From positions 209,165 through 273,164 of the forward strand of contig JAVEZP010000001.1 of NCBI GenBank assembly GCA_034002925.1: 64,000 bases of DNA. The letters run 5' to 3'. The position numbers were made by a program, and so were the translations under genes. Below, piece after piece: positions 63,425 to 64,000 of this stretch. Source of the stretch: Patescibacteria group bacterium (GTDB lineage: Bacteria > Patescibacteriota > Patescibacteriia > Patescibacteriales > UBA12465). Position 1 is the first letter of the stretch. The number at the start of each line of letters is the position of its first letter. The notes beneath the pieces are model-generated. The model had not been told where the DNA came from. It was given only the letters and a program-made list of their open reading frames with translations, and did no database searches.

Positions 63425-64000
63425 ATGGTCAAAGCTTTAAAAATAGTACATGTCGCCTCTGAGGTCGCTCCTTTTTCCAAAACGGGCGGTTTAGGTGATG
63501 TAGCGCGTAGTTTGCCCAAATCTTTAAAAAGGTTAGGGCATGATGTTTGTATTATTACTCCTTTATATACTAAAGCCATTAATAAGACAGATTATAATTT
63601 ACAATGTCTTTATCGTAATGTTGAAGTACGTTTAAACGCTCGAGAGAAAGTGGTGGTCAATTATTGGCGGGGCTATTTAATGGAAGACTTACCGGTTTAT
63701 TTTATCGAGAATAAAAAATATTTTTCTAAACATAAACGTCTTTATGGTTCTAGTCATGAGAATGCTCGTTTTTTAGTTTTTAATGTAGCGGCCTTAAAAT
63801 TATTATCTTTACTAAAATTTCAAGCTGATATTATTCATTGTCATGATTGGCAAGCAGGGTTAATACCTTATTATCTTAAACATGACTTTAAGCATTCTAA
63901 AACTTTAAGTAAGGCTAGAACTATTTTTACTATTCATAATTTAGTATTTCAATTAGGTCATAATTGGTGGGAGGTGCCATTTGAGAATAAAGACTATGGT
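63425..64000 (+). CDS. glgA: Glycogen/starch synthase (GT5), 3' end cut by window edge; not in the supplied ORF track
   Basis: Open from ATG 63425 to the window end (192 codons). MVKALKIVHVASEVAPFSKTGGLGDV and IIHCHDWQAG are GlgA signatures. Confidence 0.88.
   Translation, partial: MVKALKIVHVASEVAPFSKTGGLGDVARSLPKSLKRLGHDVCIITPLYTKAINKTDYNLQCLYRNVEVRLNAREKVVVNYWRGYLMEDLPVYFIENKKYFSKHKRLYGSSHENARFLVFNVAALKLLSLLKFQADIIHCHDWQAGLIPYYLKHDFKHSKTLSKARTIFTIHNLVFQLGHNWWEVPFENKDYG

Overview
By eye this is an AT-rich, very gene-dense, almost entirely housekeeping chromosome segment from a streamlined bacterium. The gene content points to a Candidate Phyla Radiation / Patescibacteria-like organism, and that assignment is inference. 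The supporting features are: 23S rRNA with a homing-endonuclease intron, 23S-5S without a 16S gene, an archaeal-type UMP kinase, a TrbC/VirB2-like mini pilin, ribosomal proteins with tails, and almost no Shine-Dalgarno sequences.

I call about 60 CDS. They cover replication and repair (recQ, recA, polA, holA, ruvC), transcription and translation (nusA, nusB, infB, infC, rbfA, S1, S15, S16, S20, L20, L32, L35, tig, smpB), RNA turnover (RNase J, III and Y, PNPase, NrnA-like, an NYN protein), cell wall synthesis (murD, murI, ddl, LysM-M23, flippase), and a few metabolic or membrane genes (folD, gdh, hppA, gpmA, adk, glgA, a CaCA antiporter).

RNA genes are tmRNA, 23S, 5S and 10 tRNAs.

The most unusual items are:
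- A tRNA-Phe(GAA) gene split by a 247-nt ORF-less group I (IC3-like) intron between anticodon-loop positions 33 and 34.
- A second group I intron in 23S rRNA at the I-CreI-type site, carrying a single-motif LAGLIDADG endonuclease.
- A two-Cys CsoR-family repressor with a palindromic operator inside a leaderless promoter, followed by an atypical CMPC thioredoxin.
- A self-contained promoter-to-terminator unit upstream of rpsA that carries the only perfect Shine-Dalgarno sequence I saw in the intergenic regions I checked, in front of a 3-codon ORF.
- An NYN-domain gene inserted into the rpsO-pnp operon.

I found no CRISPR array, transposon, prophage or recognisable defence island. All homology statements rest on motif recognition from memory, not on database searches.
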